IMG/VR virus record: IMGVR_UViG_3300031673_000004
Location: 1-64,000 of that record
Length of the DNA stretch: 64,000 nucleotides
Direction: 5' to 3' (one strand)
Source: a virus
Each line of letters opens with the position of its first letter. Positions within the stretch are counted from its first letter, which is position 1. Below are positions 9,393 through 19,537 of this stretch, piece by piece. A model generated the notes under the pieces. That model had not been told where the DNA came from. It was given only the letters and a program-made list of their open reading frames with translations, and did no database searches. Position numbers and translations under genes: made by a program.

Positions 9393-10109
9393 CTACACCG
9401 TGAGTTGCTGTATCCCCAAGTACGGATCATTCGCAGATGGAACGCTGCGCACACGTCCGCACATAGGAGTTACACCAGCAATGGGGGTCCACAGACTAGC
9501 TGTATCTGAATATAACGCTGCATTCAGTGTGTAAGTCTGATTTACATCATACTGATCGGTGTATACCTTTGCATCACCTTCAGCGACTGTAATTTTACCA
9601 GAACCAAGGGTATCGTCAGGTTGCCTATCATAGTTCTGGCCTGCAGCAGTATAGCCTGTTGAAACATTGTCCCAATACACTTGTGTGGTCTGTAGATTGT
9701 ATGAATACCATACAAGCACGGTAGCTAGCGCAGCAATCGCGCCGCCACCCAACCGCGTAACAACTCCGTTTGTCGTTGATACGGTGTAATCAACTCCCTG
9801 GGTATATACTGTCGTACCAGCCGAATTTGTCACTTTGATAAATCCGGTGCCCACTACATTACCCTTCTTTAGATTGATTGTGCCACCGACATTAAACGTC
9901 CCGCTCTCGATAGCAGTGCGAATATAGGTCAGGGCACTATCTTTCCAGAAGGTTCCGATAGGAACGGTTCCACTAGCTGCAGTGGTCGCTACAATTAGCC
10001 CTGCAGCATTGGTTGTCAGGAAGGCAACCATACCTGCCCAAATCTGTACGTTAGTGTCTACATCATAGAACGGGCGATCATATGCATAGCCTCTTTTTTT
10101 GTCTAACAT
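9393..10109 (-). CDS. Putative capsid decoration / cement protein
   Basis: Thr/Gly-rich beta protein with DDTLGSGKITV motif, immediately upstream of the capsid gene. Confidence 0.55.
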   Translation of the reverse strand: MLDKKRGYAYDRPFYDVDTNVQIWAGMVAFLTTNAAGLIVATTAASGTVPIGTFWKDSALTYIRTAIESGTFNVGGTINLKKGNVVGTGFIKVTNSAGTTVYTQGVDYTVSTTNGVVTRLGGGAIAALATVLVWYSYNLQTTQVYWDNVSTGYTAAGQNYDRQPDDTLGSGKITVAEGDAKVYTDQYDVNQTYTLNAALYSDTASLWTPIAGVTPMCGRVRSVPSANDPYLGIQQLTV

Positions 10110-10167
10110 TTTACTGTCTCCTTTAGTTACTTTTTCCGTCTTTCCGGTTCGTTATAAAAACAAAAGT

Positions 10168-11880
10168 TTACATCAATCGATTTACTCCATGCAGCCTTGG
10201 TTTAGGCAATGCACTTTGAATCTGATCAGCAAAGTTCGTAGGATCTGCCGAACTAGCTGTAGAAAGCGGCAATGATGCATTATGGGCGCGTAAACGAAGT
10301 GCCGCAGCTTTCTCATGATACGTTTCTGTTTCTACTTCAGCAGCAGTTTTGGGTGGCTGTGTGCGTAACTCACCAATCTGTGCTTCCATTTCAACAAACG
10401 CTTCATCACTCATATCAAGAAACTCAGCAGTCTTGATGAGTGCAACTTCAAAATGCTCGGCTGCAGCACGTGCAAAGGTGGCTTCGATAACCTTCTCTGG
10501 GTTAGGAACATCCAGACTCTTGAGAGTTGCATACCACGCTGCTTTGAGTGGGTTATCAGTCAGATTCTTTTGCTGGGCAGACAATGCCAGTCTGAAAGCC
10601 CGAACAAATCTACGTTGAATATCTGATAACGAGGCAGTAGCTTCCTGCGATTCTTCGGCAGCTTCCTCTTCGACAGCCTCAGTCTCGATAGCCTCGGCAG
10701 CTTCAGTAGCCTCAGTCTCGACCGCTTCAGTTTCAACAGCTTCGCCTTCAGTGGATCCAGAATCCTCTTGTTCCTGTGCCTGCTTCGCAGACATCCCACA
10801 TGCCTCCTCGTCCATATCTCCTGGAAGCTCCTCTTTCTTTTTCTTGAGGAAAGGAGGCATTTTTTTGTCTTCTTTGGGCTTCATCTGCATTTTAGGCTTG
10901 GGCTTAAACCTGAGCTTATCCTTGCCCATGCCTAACCCCTCATCAGCAGCATCGCCGCCATCTTCTTCCTTCTTTTTCTTCAAAAACTCCATAGGAAGTG
11001 CCGCGTACTTATCCATGGCTGCTTCCAATCCTAATACACGGACATCGTTAATAACCGCTTCCGCAAATTCTCTCGTTGAAAAAATTTCCTTAGTGTCAGC
11101 AGTTGGTTTAATTGTGTAGAAAACTTGATCAGTGTGCTTGTCCACAACTGTCCACTCATCCCCAGATGCATTAAGATCCATCGCCATGTTGGATGCCTTC
11201 AGCCTATACTGTCCCCAATCTTCCGGCTCATCTTTTAGCTTAGTGATAGTTGGGGCGGGCACCTGTTGCTTATACTTTTTGTTGGGCATTTCCTTCAGTT
11301 CAAAGGTTAGTTCCTTTGCTTGCAGCCGATCTTTACGAGCTTTTCTAAGTTTTGCTTTATCAATGGACATTGTATGTCCCTCCTTACTTACGATAAGACT
11401 GTCGTCAGTGTTCCCTAAACCAAATTCAGAAGATGACAACCCATCTTCTTCATCTTTAACTTCATCAAGTTTCTTTTCAAAATCTGTTGGCTCCCCAGTA
11501 CCCTTCTGCATAGTATTGACTAACTTATTTATAGATTTAGTTAGCCCTTCCATTTGATCGCCAATGGCGGTTACTTTTTCATCTAAGTCATTAATCTTAG
11601 TTTCACTTTCCTTCTGTTTGCGAATATCCTTCTCAACGTCTTGTTCTATTTCTTCTTTGGGCTTAGGTGCTCCTGGAACACCAGGGGCACCGGGAGGTGC
11701 ACCCATTGGGGGCCTTCCAGGTGGCCGAGGAGCCATCGGTGCCCCTCCAGGGGCAGGAGGAGGTGCCCCAAGTGCTGGAGGGGCTGCAGGGGCTGGTGCA
11801 GGAGGGGCACCAGGGGGAACTGCTTGTGCTTTCACCAGCCTTGTAGCTTTTTTTGCTATACGAGCACGAAGTCCATGCAT
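10168..11880 (-). CDS. Putative capsid scaffolding protein
   Basis: Lies between protease and capsid genes; Pro-rich N-terminus, coiled-coil and acidic segments. Confidence 0.6.
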   Translation of the reverse strand: MHGLRARIAKKATRLVKAQAVPPGAPPAPAPAAPPALGAPPPAPGGAPMAPRPPGRPPMGAPPGAPGVPGAPKPKEEIEQDVEKDIRKQKESETKINDLDEKVTAIGDQMEGLTKSINKLVNTMQKGTGEPTDFEKKLDEVKDEEDGLSSSEFGLGNTDDSLIVSKEGHTMSIDKAKLRKARKDRLQAKELTFELKEMPNKKYKQQVPAPTITKLKDEPEDWGQYRLKASNMAMDLNASGDEWTVVDKHTDQVFYTIKPTADTKEIFSTREFAEAVINDVRVLGLEAAMDKYAALPMEFLKKKKEEDGGDAADEGLGMGKDKLRFKPKPKMQMKPKEDKKMPPFLKKKKEELPGDMDEEACGMSAKQAQEQEDSGSTEGEAVETEAVETEATEAAEAIETEAVEEEAAEESQEATASLSDIQRRFVRAFRLALSAQQKNLTDNPLKAAWYATLKSLDVPNPEKVIEATFARAAAEHFEVALIKTAEFLDMSDEAFVEMEAQIGELRTQPPKTAAEVETETYHEKAAALRLRAHNASLPLSTASSADPTNFADQIQSALPKPRLHGVNRLM

Positions 11881-11901
11881 TTCAACAACTCCTTATCTAT
11901 T

Positions 11902-11937
11902 AGGATATATTTCAAATGAAAAATTGTTAAACTTCTG
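11902..11937 (-). promoter_or_regulatory. Putative late promoter (CAGAAGTTTAA plus TATCCT)
   Basis: Recurring bipartite motif. Confidence 0.6.
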
Positions 11938-11950
11938 TTAGGGGGATAGT

Positions 11951-12841
11951 TTATAGTAATTTATCCGCTAATCTTAACATAGATTCAGGAAGCTTCCCAG
12001 CATTTTTACTAAAGAATCTAGCTACTTCAACTTGATCTGATTCAGTAATCAATGTAGAAAGTAAACTAAATGCAGCACGAGACTGCCCAATTTGGGCTTT
12101 TCTGGTTGCATATTTAAGCAGCGCTTGTGTTTTAGCTTTTGGGTCGGCTGGGTTACCTACAACCGATAGCTCTTGATATTCTACACCTAAACAATCTTCA
12201 TAGATAAGTTCTCCATCAATCGTAGACATCTTATACCACTTCAAATGATCGCACAAATCACGATCAGAATTTGCAATGGGATGAGCACATTTACTGTAGC
12301 TACATCTCACTTGATCACAAATACAGCCCATGGAAAATGTATCGATCTCACCACTGAGTAATCCTTCTGCTAAGGGCATATCCTTGGTAGTGTCCATTGC
12401 CACAATGGTCAGTACATGTTTATCTTTATCTCTGGATGTAACATAATGTGCATCAGGAATATATCCACGAGCAGTTTTAGGATCCTCTGCAGCGTGCTCT
12501 ACATGCAATGGATCATTCCGGAATGTCTGAAAGACTAAACAACGGTGGTTTGGGGAAAACCTAATAAGTTCATCATGCCTAAAATTATCCCCGTTATTGT
12601 TCGGTTCATCTGCAGTTACCGCCCGAGGAACTGGGAAGATATAATCATTAATGTTTTCAGATATATTATAAACTTTGGATACAGCCTTGAGTACATCCTT
12701 AGACAAGATGTTCAAAGCAGTTTTTACAGCCTCATCTTCCTGCTCCGTCATATCTGCATTTTGTGCTGCTCGTTTATTGAATCTTCCAGAAGCTTGGTAG
12801 ACACTAACAATGGGGGTTTGTGCAGTTTTATAAAAAGGCAT
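11951..12841 (-). CDS. Prohead (capsid maturation) protease
   Basis: NNNGDNF...LHVEH...FSMGC...CS...CDHL...QELSVVGNPADPKA, a herpes/HK97-type protease pattern with a Cys insert. Confidence 0.75.
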   Translation of the reverse strand: MPFYKTAQTPIVSVYQASGRFNKRAAQNADMTEQEDEAVKTALNILSKDVLKAVSKVYNISENINDYIFPVPRAVTADEPNNNGDNFRHDELIRFSPNHRCLVFQTFRNDPLHVEHAAEDPKTARGYIPDAHYVTSRDKDKHVLTIVAMDTTKDMPLAEGLLSGEIDTFSMGCICDQVRCSYSKCAHPIANSDRDLCDHLKWYKMSTIDGELIYEDCLGVEYQELSVVGNPADPKAKTQALLKYATRKAQIGQSRAAFSLLSTLITESDQVEVARFFSKNAGKLPESMLRLADKLL

Positions 12842-12884
12842 AATACTCTCCTATAACATAGGGCTGTACCCAGCGTTACAAGAG

Positions 12885-12921
12885 AGTATAGATTACGATT
12901 GCAATAACTATTTAACTACTG
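12885..12921 (-). promoter_or_regulatory. Putative late promoter (CAGTAGTTAA plus TATACT)
   Basis: Recurring bipartite motif. Confidence 0.6.
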
Positions 12922-13087
12922 ATTTTTCTGTTTTTTGGGGGGCAGTATCTTTTGGAGTGGTTTGCAGATTTTCAGGTACCAATGATTTCCCACACTGTGG
13001 GCATTTATGTATGTGCCCCTTAATATCGTGGCCACAGTTACATTTGACTTTTTCAATCGGAATTATGCCGGTCTTATGAAATGCCAT
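12908..13087 (-). CDS. Small zinc-ribbon protein
   Basis: Manual translation MAFHKTGIIPIEKVKCNCGHDIKGHIHKCPQCGKSL... (59 aa); AAGGA RBS; overlaps the upstream stop. Confidence 0.6.
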   Translation of the reverse strand: MAFHKTGIIPIEKVKCNCGHDIKGHIHKCPQCGKSLVPENLQTTPKDTAPQKTEKSVVK

Positions 13088-13874
13088 CGTTATTATCCTT
13101 TACACAATATTGTCTAAAATCGCACGAGTAACAATATTTATACTTAAAATTCTGCACGAATTGGCAATTATTCTTCAACTCCTGATTAACTTTTATGTAC
13201 TTTTCTTTTGCTTCATCCATCATTTCGTCAGAAATGTCGTAACTATGAATACCCTTTTTAGAATCTATATAACGTAAATAAAGATATTGTCCCTTGATCA
13301 CATCTGCATCAGGGAGCATTTGTCTCAACCAAATCCCATAGGAAGGAATCTGCACAGAAGCTAATTCAGCTTTTTTAGTAGCTGGTCTGCCTGATTTATA
13401 ATCAATAACCTTGTACGTATTCTCACCTAAATCATCTATTCTATCAGCTTTTAACCATACTACCACACCATCAAATGTAATCTTAGCCAATTTTTCCACT
13501 TCGAATACATTAGGAGTATCACTATTTTTCAAATACATCAGATATTTAGATAACATTATTTTTATAGCATACAAGTCATCTTTGGTAATTAAACCTTCGT
13601 CTACTTTCTTATATGCTTTATAAGTCCTAATTGCGGATTTAAAACATTTCCCCATTTCCTTTTTCCAGTTATACTCTGAACAACCCATTTGTTTCTTATG
13701 TAGATTTTCTAATACTTTATGGGCAATATTTCCAATAAGAAAATATTTATTCTCTTTAAAAATAAATGGGGGTGCCAGGTACTTATAAAGAAAAAGACGG
13801 CGGCAACCGTTAAACGTGTCAACTTTGCTAGGTGAAAGAGTCAAAGTAGCAGGATCTTTAATTAATTTACGCAC
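13074..13874 (-). CDS. PD-(D/E)XK nuclease, RecB/Cas4-like
   Basis: LSPSKV..F.GC, GNIAH, KADRID, IDYKSG, Q...Y and C-terminal CxxCxxxxxC. Confidence 0.85.
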   Translation of the reverse strand: MRKLIKDPATLTLSPSKVDTFNGCRRLFLYKYLAPPFIFKENKYFLIGNIAHKVLENLHKKQMGCSEYNWKKEMGKCFKSAIRTYKAYKKVDEGLITKDDLYAIKIMLSKYLMYLKNSDTPNVFEVEKLAKITFDGVVVWLKADRIDDLGENTYKVIDYKSGRPATKKAELASVQIPSYGIWLRQMLPDADVIKGQYLYLRYIDSKKGIHSYDISDEMMDEAKEKYIKVNQELKNNCQFVQNFKYKYCYSCDFRQYCVKDNNDGIS

Positions 13875-13887
13875 GTCTTCTCAGAAA

Positions 13888-14553
13888 TTATTGTAGTTGA
13901 GTAACCGCCCAAGTGTGGACTACATTGAACCCAGCATGTGTCTGGGGTAGCAAATCATACCTATTTATAAGCATATGTTTAACTTTATACTTGTTCCAGG
14001 ACATCCAATAGTACGCTTTATTAACAAAGCAGTCCTTAGTAAACATTGTGGCCTCTGCCTCTTTATTATACTTAGGATACAGAATAAGGTGTCGCATATA
14101 CATTGTCATCGCATATCCATTAGCCTCGATATATGTGCGCCATGGGGAGGGCCAGGGAACTAAAAACACAATTGATACTAGGAAAAGTAAAAACCACAAA
14201 TTTACGAATCCTAAGAATGCAAAAAAACTGAACAGCCCCCATATCTGGGGAGAAAGATACTTTAAAGAAAACAGATTATATCCGTGTGTCCTGTCCCACA
14301 TATGCGCAAATTCATGCGCAAGTACAATTAGAGCACCAGATGGATTGTCTTCCACCCAAGTATCCGTGGGTACATAAATAGTAGTTCCTATTACAGTAAT
14401 GTAATCACGCATAAAGGAAGGATTAAAAAATAAAACAACTCCTAAAATCCGCATGAACCAATTTTTATTTTTAACACATAGTTTAGCTTTAGGAAAATTC
14501 TTTAAAACTACATTTTCCCAAAAATGATCTACCTTTTCTTTGCTAATGATCAT
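13888..14553 (-). CDS. Membrane protein with HExxH zinc-metallopeptidase motif
   Basis: LAHEFAH followed by hydrophobic segments and EANGY; likely ATG at 14553. Confidence 0.6.
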   Translation of the reverse strand: MIISKEKVDHFWENVVLKNFPKAKLCVKNKNWFMRILGVVLFFNPSFMRDYITVIGTTIYVPTDTWVEDNPSGALIVLAHEFAHMWDRTHGYNLFSLKYLSPQIWGLFSFFAFLGFVNLWFLLFLVSIVFLVPWPSPWRTYIEANGYAMTMYMRHLILYPKYNKEAEATMFTKDCFVNKAYYWMSWNKYKVKHMLINRYDLLPQTHAGFNVVHTWAVTQLQ

Positions 14554-16099
14554 TACGTTCTTTCCACGCTTTGTACCACCACGCTTTGTACCACTCCGCT
14601 TCATTTTTCTTTTCCAAATTAACATAGTTCACGGCTCTTTGGTCTTCAATGCATCGTTGCAAACTATCTACACTGATAGTATCATACAAGAAATCCCGAA
14701 AGGCTGAAAGCGGAATGTTCGGGCAAGTTTTGTCCGTATTTGGATCTTCATAATGTCCCAGAACATCAGCTAAAGTGAGATTAAAATGTGCCGTCAAGAT
14801 CTTCAGTAACTCTTTCGCTGCTTCGAGTTGCTTATTTGTAAAGGTATTTCTACCTACTAAACAAATACCAATACTATCAGAATTACGCCCAGCAACATGT
14901 GCTCCAACTTCATCAGCAGTAAAGATAGGGTCATCATTGAGGTGTCTTCCAGGCTCGATCTGCCCGTCCAGAAAGTCCCAATAGACTACATCAGCATAGG
15001 GTCGCCCATTTAATACAATATAGTGATAACCTACCCCAGAATTGTGCGTAACAGAAACCATACCATTATGCCTAATCATAAGTAACTTGTTGCCTAGATC
15101 CACATCCCACGTAGGTTGACATCTGTAACTAATTGACCGTGTTCTAAGATCAAGAGTAACATTATCTTTATCCACAATACTAAGATGATACTTAGGATGG
15201 CGTGTAGGTTCAGTATTTTCAGTTTTCTTTAGCGTGGCACGTTTACCTGATGTCACCACCAGCGCTTGTAAGACATCTATATTTTGTTTTGAAGTAGAAT
15301 ACAACATACTATAATGATCTTTTACTCTGCCTTTCGCTGTATGTGTATTATTCCATCCATCTGATTCTGTGTACGCAGAAATAATAAATTCTCTAAAATT
15401 TAAAGGAAGGTGTAAGAGATTATAAGATAGCTGCTTGAATTTACCTAAAATATTAATGAAAGGTTGTACGCTTTTTTTGCATATTCTAAACCGATAATAG
15501 CCCCTCTTTTTCGGTTGTGTATAGGCAACTTTGGATTTATCTAATAAATTTTTTATATATTTAGCTTTTCGTTCTTTTTTAGTATCTATACCTATTCCAT
15601 TAATCTCACCATTTTTCTTATAATACCAACCATCAGCGGCAATAAACGCGGCTAATGCATAAATATATTTAGGATATAAACAATTATCGCTATTACTTTG
15701 ATATGTACCAGCAACTTTAACTACGTTATTGCCTTTTCGAGATTTAATTTCATCCCCCCATTTTCTAATCTTAAACGAGTTTTTCCCCCCAGTACTAGTA
15801 TAAACGCTATGATCTAGACTAAATTCAAAATCAGCATTTAATGATACTGCTCTGGCAGTTTCTTGTTGTTCATTAAATACAATTCTATGCGCATACTCAA
15901 ACGTAATTATTCCTTTTTTGTAAACAGCTACTTTATGCTGGATAAGATCAAATTGATGATAATCCTTCCATCCCTTATCTGTTAATACTTCCGTGTGCAA
16001 AGGAAAACACCAGCCACGTTTTTTATGCCACTCATCAAATATCAGAACATCCCCCCATGGGGAGGATGAGCAATGTACAAAAATATTTTTCAATTTCAT
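14543..16099 (-). CDS. N-acetylmuramoyl-L-alanine amidase (T7-lysozyme-like endolysin) containing an intein
   Basis: IFVHCS...WHKKRGW | SGVGYHY...GAHVAGRNSDSIGICLVG...GHYE...KTCP once the 323 aa insert is removed. Confidence 0.9.
   Translation of the reverse strand: MKLKNIFVHCSSSPWGDVLIFDEWHKKRGWCFPLHTEVLTDKGWKDYHQFDLIQHKVAVYKKGIITFEYAHRIVFNEQQETARAVSLNADFEFSLDHSVYTSTGGKNSFKIRKWGDEIKSRKGNNVVKVAGTYQSNSDNCLYPKYIYALAAFIAADGWYYKKNGEINGIGIDTKKERKAKYIKNLLDKSKVAYTQPKKRGYYRFRICKKSVQPFINILGKFKQLSYNLLHLPLNFREFIISAYTESDGWNNTHTAKGRVKDHYSMLYSTSKQNIDVLQALVVTSGKRATLKKTENTEPTRHPKYHLSIVDKDNVTLDLRTRSISYRCQPTWDVDLGNKLLMIRHNGMVSVTHNSGVGYHYIVLNGRPYADVVYWDFLDGQIEPGRHLNDDPIFTADEVGAHVAGRNSDSIGICLVGRNTFTNKQLEAAKELLKILTAHFNLTLADVLGHYEDPNTDKTCPNIPLSAFRDFLYDTISVDSLQRCIEDQRAVNYVNLEKKNEAEWYKAWWYKAWKERNDH
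15041..16009 (-). mobile_element. Intein with LAGLIDADG homing endonuclease
   Basis: Starts CFPLHTEVLTDKGW and ends IRHNGMVSVTHN before Ser; internal AAFIAADGW and SAYTESDGW motifs. Confidence 0.92.
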
Positions 16100-16102
16100 A
16101 GA

Positions 16103-17926
16103 CTATTTCCCAGAAAGGAAATCGTTTCCTATGATTGGCATGTCGTGCAGGAGAAGATCATCACGGCGATTCGACCCCTCTTCAAACTCTAAGTCATCAA
16201 TTGTTTCCAACACATCTCGAACATCTACTTTATTCTCCGTATCGGACATATCAGCTAATCTAGTTTCTAGTTCCTCTCGACTATTCTTCATGTAAGGATT
16301 CTTAGAACCATACTTATTTTGGTGTGCACTGGCTGCAGGCATTGGAAGAGGGGGAGGAACCCCTGGCTTCGCACCAGGGGCACCGGGGGCACCAGGCTTA
16401 CCAGGAACAGGAGCTTGTGGCGCTGGAACCCCATATATTTCAGGGTGTTCCTTCTTGTATGTTCGTTCCTCTGAGACATTCTTTCTTTCAGTATCTTGAT
16501 CCAGTCCTGCACCTGCTGCATAGGTACGCTCAGAAAGAATTCCTCGTTCCTTCAAATCTCTCCATATATTTAGAATAGCCACATCCTGTGTTGCTTCCAA
16601 ACTTTTATGCCATTTTATTTTAGGAATGATTAATTCTCTTTCTTCTACTGGACGCTTAATTCTGATTCTATGTTCTATCTCAGCATTTGACCTTTTGTAA
16701 AATTCATGGATTTCGGCAATCGGAGTGATTATCTTTTTTATAATCCAGTCATTCTCAAACCGCTCACGCAGTGATTGTAACCGTTGCATCAACGTTTGCA
16801 ACCCTGCAATACTACTGGCAAAACTTGACTCCCCGGTTAAGAAAGATTTAGATACTCCCAAGCCAAGTAATTTAACTCGTTCGATAAAATCCCATTCGCG
16901 GGAAATTAGCAGAACACGATCAGAAACTCCCACTAATTCTGCTGTAACATTATGGTGCATAATAATAGCAGCCAGTGGGTCAGCTTCTGCCATGGACAGC
17001 ATTTCTGCAAACGCTGCTTCATCATCCTCATCAGGTAACCAACCGCTATTTGGATCACCTAATTTGAATATGCGTAACGGAGCAGCATTTCTCTGGGCAA
17101 CTGCAAGACTAGCGTTTACAATAAAATCTTCATACATAATAACCCGGAACAGCCGGGTGTACAAGGATGTACCACGTATATCTGTAGAAGAGTTCAATCG
17201 TGGCAAATACGTAGTATTTAGTGCGTCTAGCGGGACTTCCCTATTCATCCTAAACGCATTTATAATTTCTTTTGGTATGACTTTTTGTAACCTTCTAATT
17301 CTAGGATCGGTCGAATTAATCAGCCTTTTAATTTCTGGAGTGGGCAGGAGTGATAGCAATGGCTGTTCAATTGCTAATCCTATTCCGTCTACCTTGACAT
17401 AATCGGGGTTATGTGGAATGGTGCGTTCCCATATTCCTTTGGTTGAATTAAAAATATTGTGGAGAACTAACTCTCCAGTTACCATATAGTCACGAGTAAA
17501 AGCAGCAAACTTAGGAACTAAGTTTAAAGCAGTGAACATATCTTCGTACACATGGCGAACGTACTTATCGTCAATTCCCATAAGATCGAACTGTGACCAT
17601 GGGAGTTCTGCATACATATCCGTTGCAGTAGCAACAGCCGGATCTCGTTTATACACTTCCCGCCAGATCGAATTTGCTACTACTCTGTTTTTCGGGAAGT
17701 AAAACTTATCCGGTGTAGACCATCTATAATCATAGTAGAGGGGCGACTGTGCCAAAGATTGCCCGCTACCACGAAGAGTAGACCCTGCACCAGAACTTCC
17801 CCCATAAGTTTGGGCTGTACGACGAATACGACCATGTGCCTTAGTCTGAATGGTATTCGGGCTATGAAGCATAGGTGCTATATACTTTTTACTTCTAGCT
17901 GCTTTCTTTTTTACTTTTCTAGCCAT
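16103..17926 (-). CDS. Portal protein
   Basis: 607 aa ORF; DPAVATATDMYAELP, RGTSLYTRLFR, GVSKSFLTGESSFA; lies between terminase and protease. Confidence 0.75.
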   Translation of the reverse strand: MARKVKKKAARSKKYIAPMLHSPNTIQTKAHGRIRRTAQTYGGSSGAGSTLRGSGQSLAQSPLYYDYRWSTPDKFYFPKNRVVANSIWREVYKRDPAVATATDMYAELPWSQFDLMGIDDKYVRHVYEDMFTALNLVPKFAAFTRDYMVTGELVLHNIFNSTKGIWERTIPHNPDYVKVDGIGLAIEQPLLSLLPTPEIKRLINSTDPRIRRLQKVIPKEIINAFRMNREVPLDALNTTYLPRLNSSTDIRGTSLYTRLFRVIMYEDFIVNASLAVAQRNAAPLRIFKLGDPNSGWLPDEDDEAAFAEMLSMAEADPLAAIIMHHNVTAELVGVSDRVLLISREWDFIERVKLLGLGVSKSFLTGESSFASSIAGLQTLMQRLQSLRERFENDWIIKKIITPIAEIHEFYKRSNAEIEHRIRIKRPVEERELIIPKIKWHKSLEATQDVAILNIWRDLKERGILSERTYAAGAGLDQDTERKNVSEERTYKKEHPEIYGVPAPQAPVPGKPGAPGAPGAKPGVPPPLPMPAASAHQNKYGSKNPYMKNSREELETRLADMSDTENKVDVRDVLETIDDLEFEEGSNRRDDLLLHDMPIIGNDFLSGK

Positions 17927-18138
17927 TAAGACAATCCGAATTTATCTGAGTTAAGTAGTAACCATATACATTCCGCATCAAACTCATTTGAAATACAATC
18001 TCTACAATCACTGTGACCCGAAAATGGGCAGACTCCATTTACAAATTTAACTATGTCTGTAATCTCACATGGGGGTGTGAATCCTACCCCCGCAGCACCA
18101 CCCGGATCAACCGACACTTTAGGGACATCAAGCCACAT
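17926..18138 (-). CDS. Small Cys-rich hypothetical protein
   Basis: Likely ATG at 18138, overlapping the upstream gene end; stop overlaps the portal start. Confidence 0.5.
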   Translation of the reverse strand: MWLDVPKVSVDPGGAAGVGFTPPCEITDIVKFVNGVCPFSGHSDCRDCISNEFDAECIWLLLNSDKFGLS

Positions 18139-18370
18139 TTCGGCGGAAGAACCTGCTTTCATTCCCAGCAATTCTCTGAATAATGGCAAGATCAACCGCA
18201 GCACCCATATTAAACATAGCTTGCAAAGCGGCCTCTCTGGCCTGTGATTCCGTAAGTCCGTATGATCGAAGCAGTACCAAGGCGTGAGTCATAGGCCCTA
18301 GAAATACAATGTTATCATCGCCTGCATCCAATGTGAACATCTTAGAGACTCTATCATAGTATAGATACAT
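18128..18370 (-). CDS. Hypothetical protein
   Basis: 80 aa ORF with GAGGG RBS. Confidence 0.55.
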   Translation of the reverse strand: MYLYYDRVSKMFTLDAGDDNIVFLGPMTHALVLLRSYGLTESQAREAALQAMFNMGAAVDLAIIQRIAGNESRFFRRNVA

Positions 18371-18391
18371 TGTACCCTCGTTTCTATTATA

Positions 18392-19537
18392 CTAAATAGT
18401 CCGTAAAGCAGCTTGAATCGCTTCTTTAGTTTGTTGACTATTTATAGTGCTAAAAAACGATGAGATAAGCTGGATGCCGTTTTTAATCTCTGGAGCTAGT
18501 AAGGTTTCCCATGTACTCATAAATTCCTTCGTAGTTGCCCAAGATGCTGTTGCCCACTGCACGGCAGTCTTTTTCCAATCTGCATCATACTTTCCAAATT
18601 TTGTAAATTGCTGCACATATTCCCTCGCTGCGGCATTACGCTGTTTAATCCCATAAAGATGCCCTTCTATCTTTGCCGCAATATCGGGAAATTGAGTATC
18701 TAAAAAATTAATAACATCTGCATCTGTAGTCGCGCCCTTACGTAACATGTCATCCAAAGCTGCAAGCGTATTGTACAGTTGGTTATGAAATAATTCCTTA
18801 ACCTCAGAGTCTAGTTGTTTCTCCCCAGCTAATGTTATATGCATATACTGCGCAAAAGTCTTTTCTTCCTCGGACTTAGGTTCCCATTTTTGTATACTAG
18901 CTTCCCAATTGGTATGAATTTGGGTTGCCTCACGTTTCACTTCATCGGTATTTTGCTTGATACTCTCCATTGTAGACAATGCTGTATCCACTGAGTGTAC
19001 AGCGGGTGTTACTGTTTGACTTTCCACTGAGATCTGCTCAAGCTGATCAGTAGAAAGTTTATAAAGCATATGTGCAGCCTTTATTCTTAGATAGTAGGCT
19101 TCCCGAAGTTTCTCAGTGTCTACAAGGTTTAACTGACTTGCATTGACATGTACTGTGCCAATGCCCCGTATAGCTACAGCAATACTATCTGCACATTTTT
19201 CTTCCAGTGTTCCAACTGATCCATTGATTAATTTTACACTTTGGCCAGTTTTCAATACAGAAAATGGCCCTTCATTCAATATTTTTTTGGCGTACTCTTT
19301 AGTTTCTTTTACTGCATAAGTAATTACATTTTTTGGATATTCGGAATCTTCTAACACAGATTCAATCTCATCCCAAGTCCACCCCATCATCCAATATGCT
19401 TGAGCTGATTGGGTTGCCTCGTCTTTAAGATCTACAGTAGCCTGCGCGATAATTATGTGATTATCTTTGCGTGCGTAGGCGTTACTCGCAAGGTTCTGCA
19501 CAAAAGCATCCCCATCCATTTTATTTGTAACTTTCAT
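18392..19537 (-). CDS. Hypothetical protein (possible virion protein)
   Basis: 381 aa ORF translationally coupled to the upstream gene. Confidence 0.65.
   Translation of the reverse strand: MKVTNKMDGDAFVQNLASNAYARKDNHIIIAQATVDLKDEATQSAQAYWMMGWTWDEIESVLEDSEYPKNVITYAVKETKEYAKKILNEGPFSVLKTGQSVKLINGSVGTLEEKCADSIAVAIRGIGTVHVNASQLNLVDTEKLREAYYLRIKAAHMLYKLSTDQLEQISVESQTVTPAVHSVDTALSTMESIKQNTDEVKREATQIHTNWEASIQKWEPKSEEEKTFAQYMHITLAGEKQLDSEVKELFHNQLYNTLAALDDMLRKGATTDADVINFLDTQFPDIAAKIEGHLYGIKQRNAAAREYVQQFTKFGKYDADWKKTAVQWATASWATTKEFMSTWETLLAPEIKNGIQLISSFFSTINSQQTKEAIQAALRTI

Noticed and set aside
13074-13874. CRISPR-Cas system suggested by the Cas4-like nuclease
   Set aside because: No repeat-spacer array or other cas genes seen in the window
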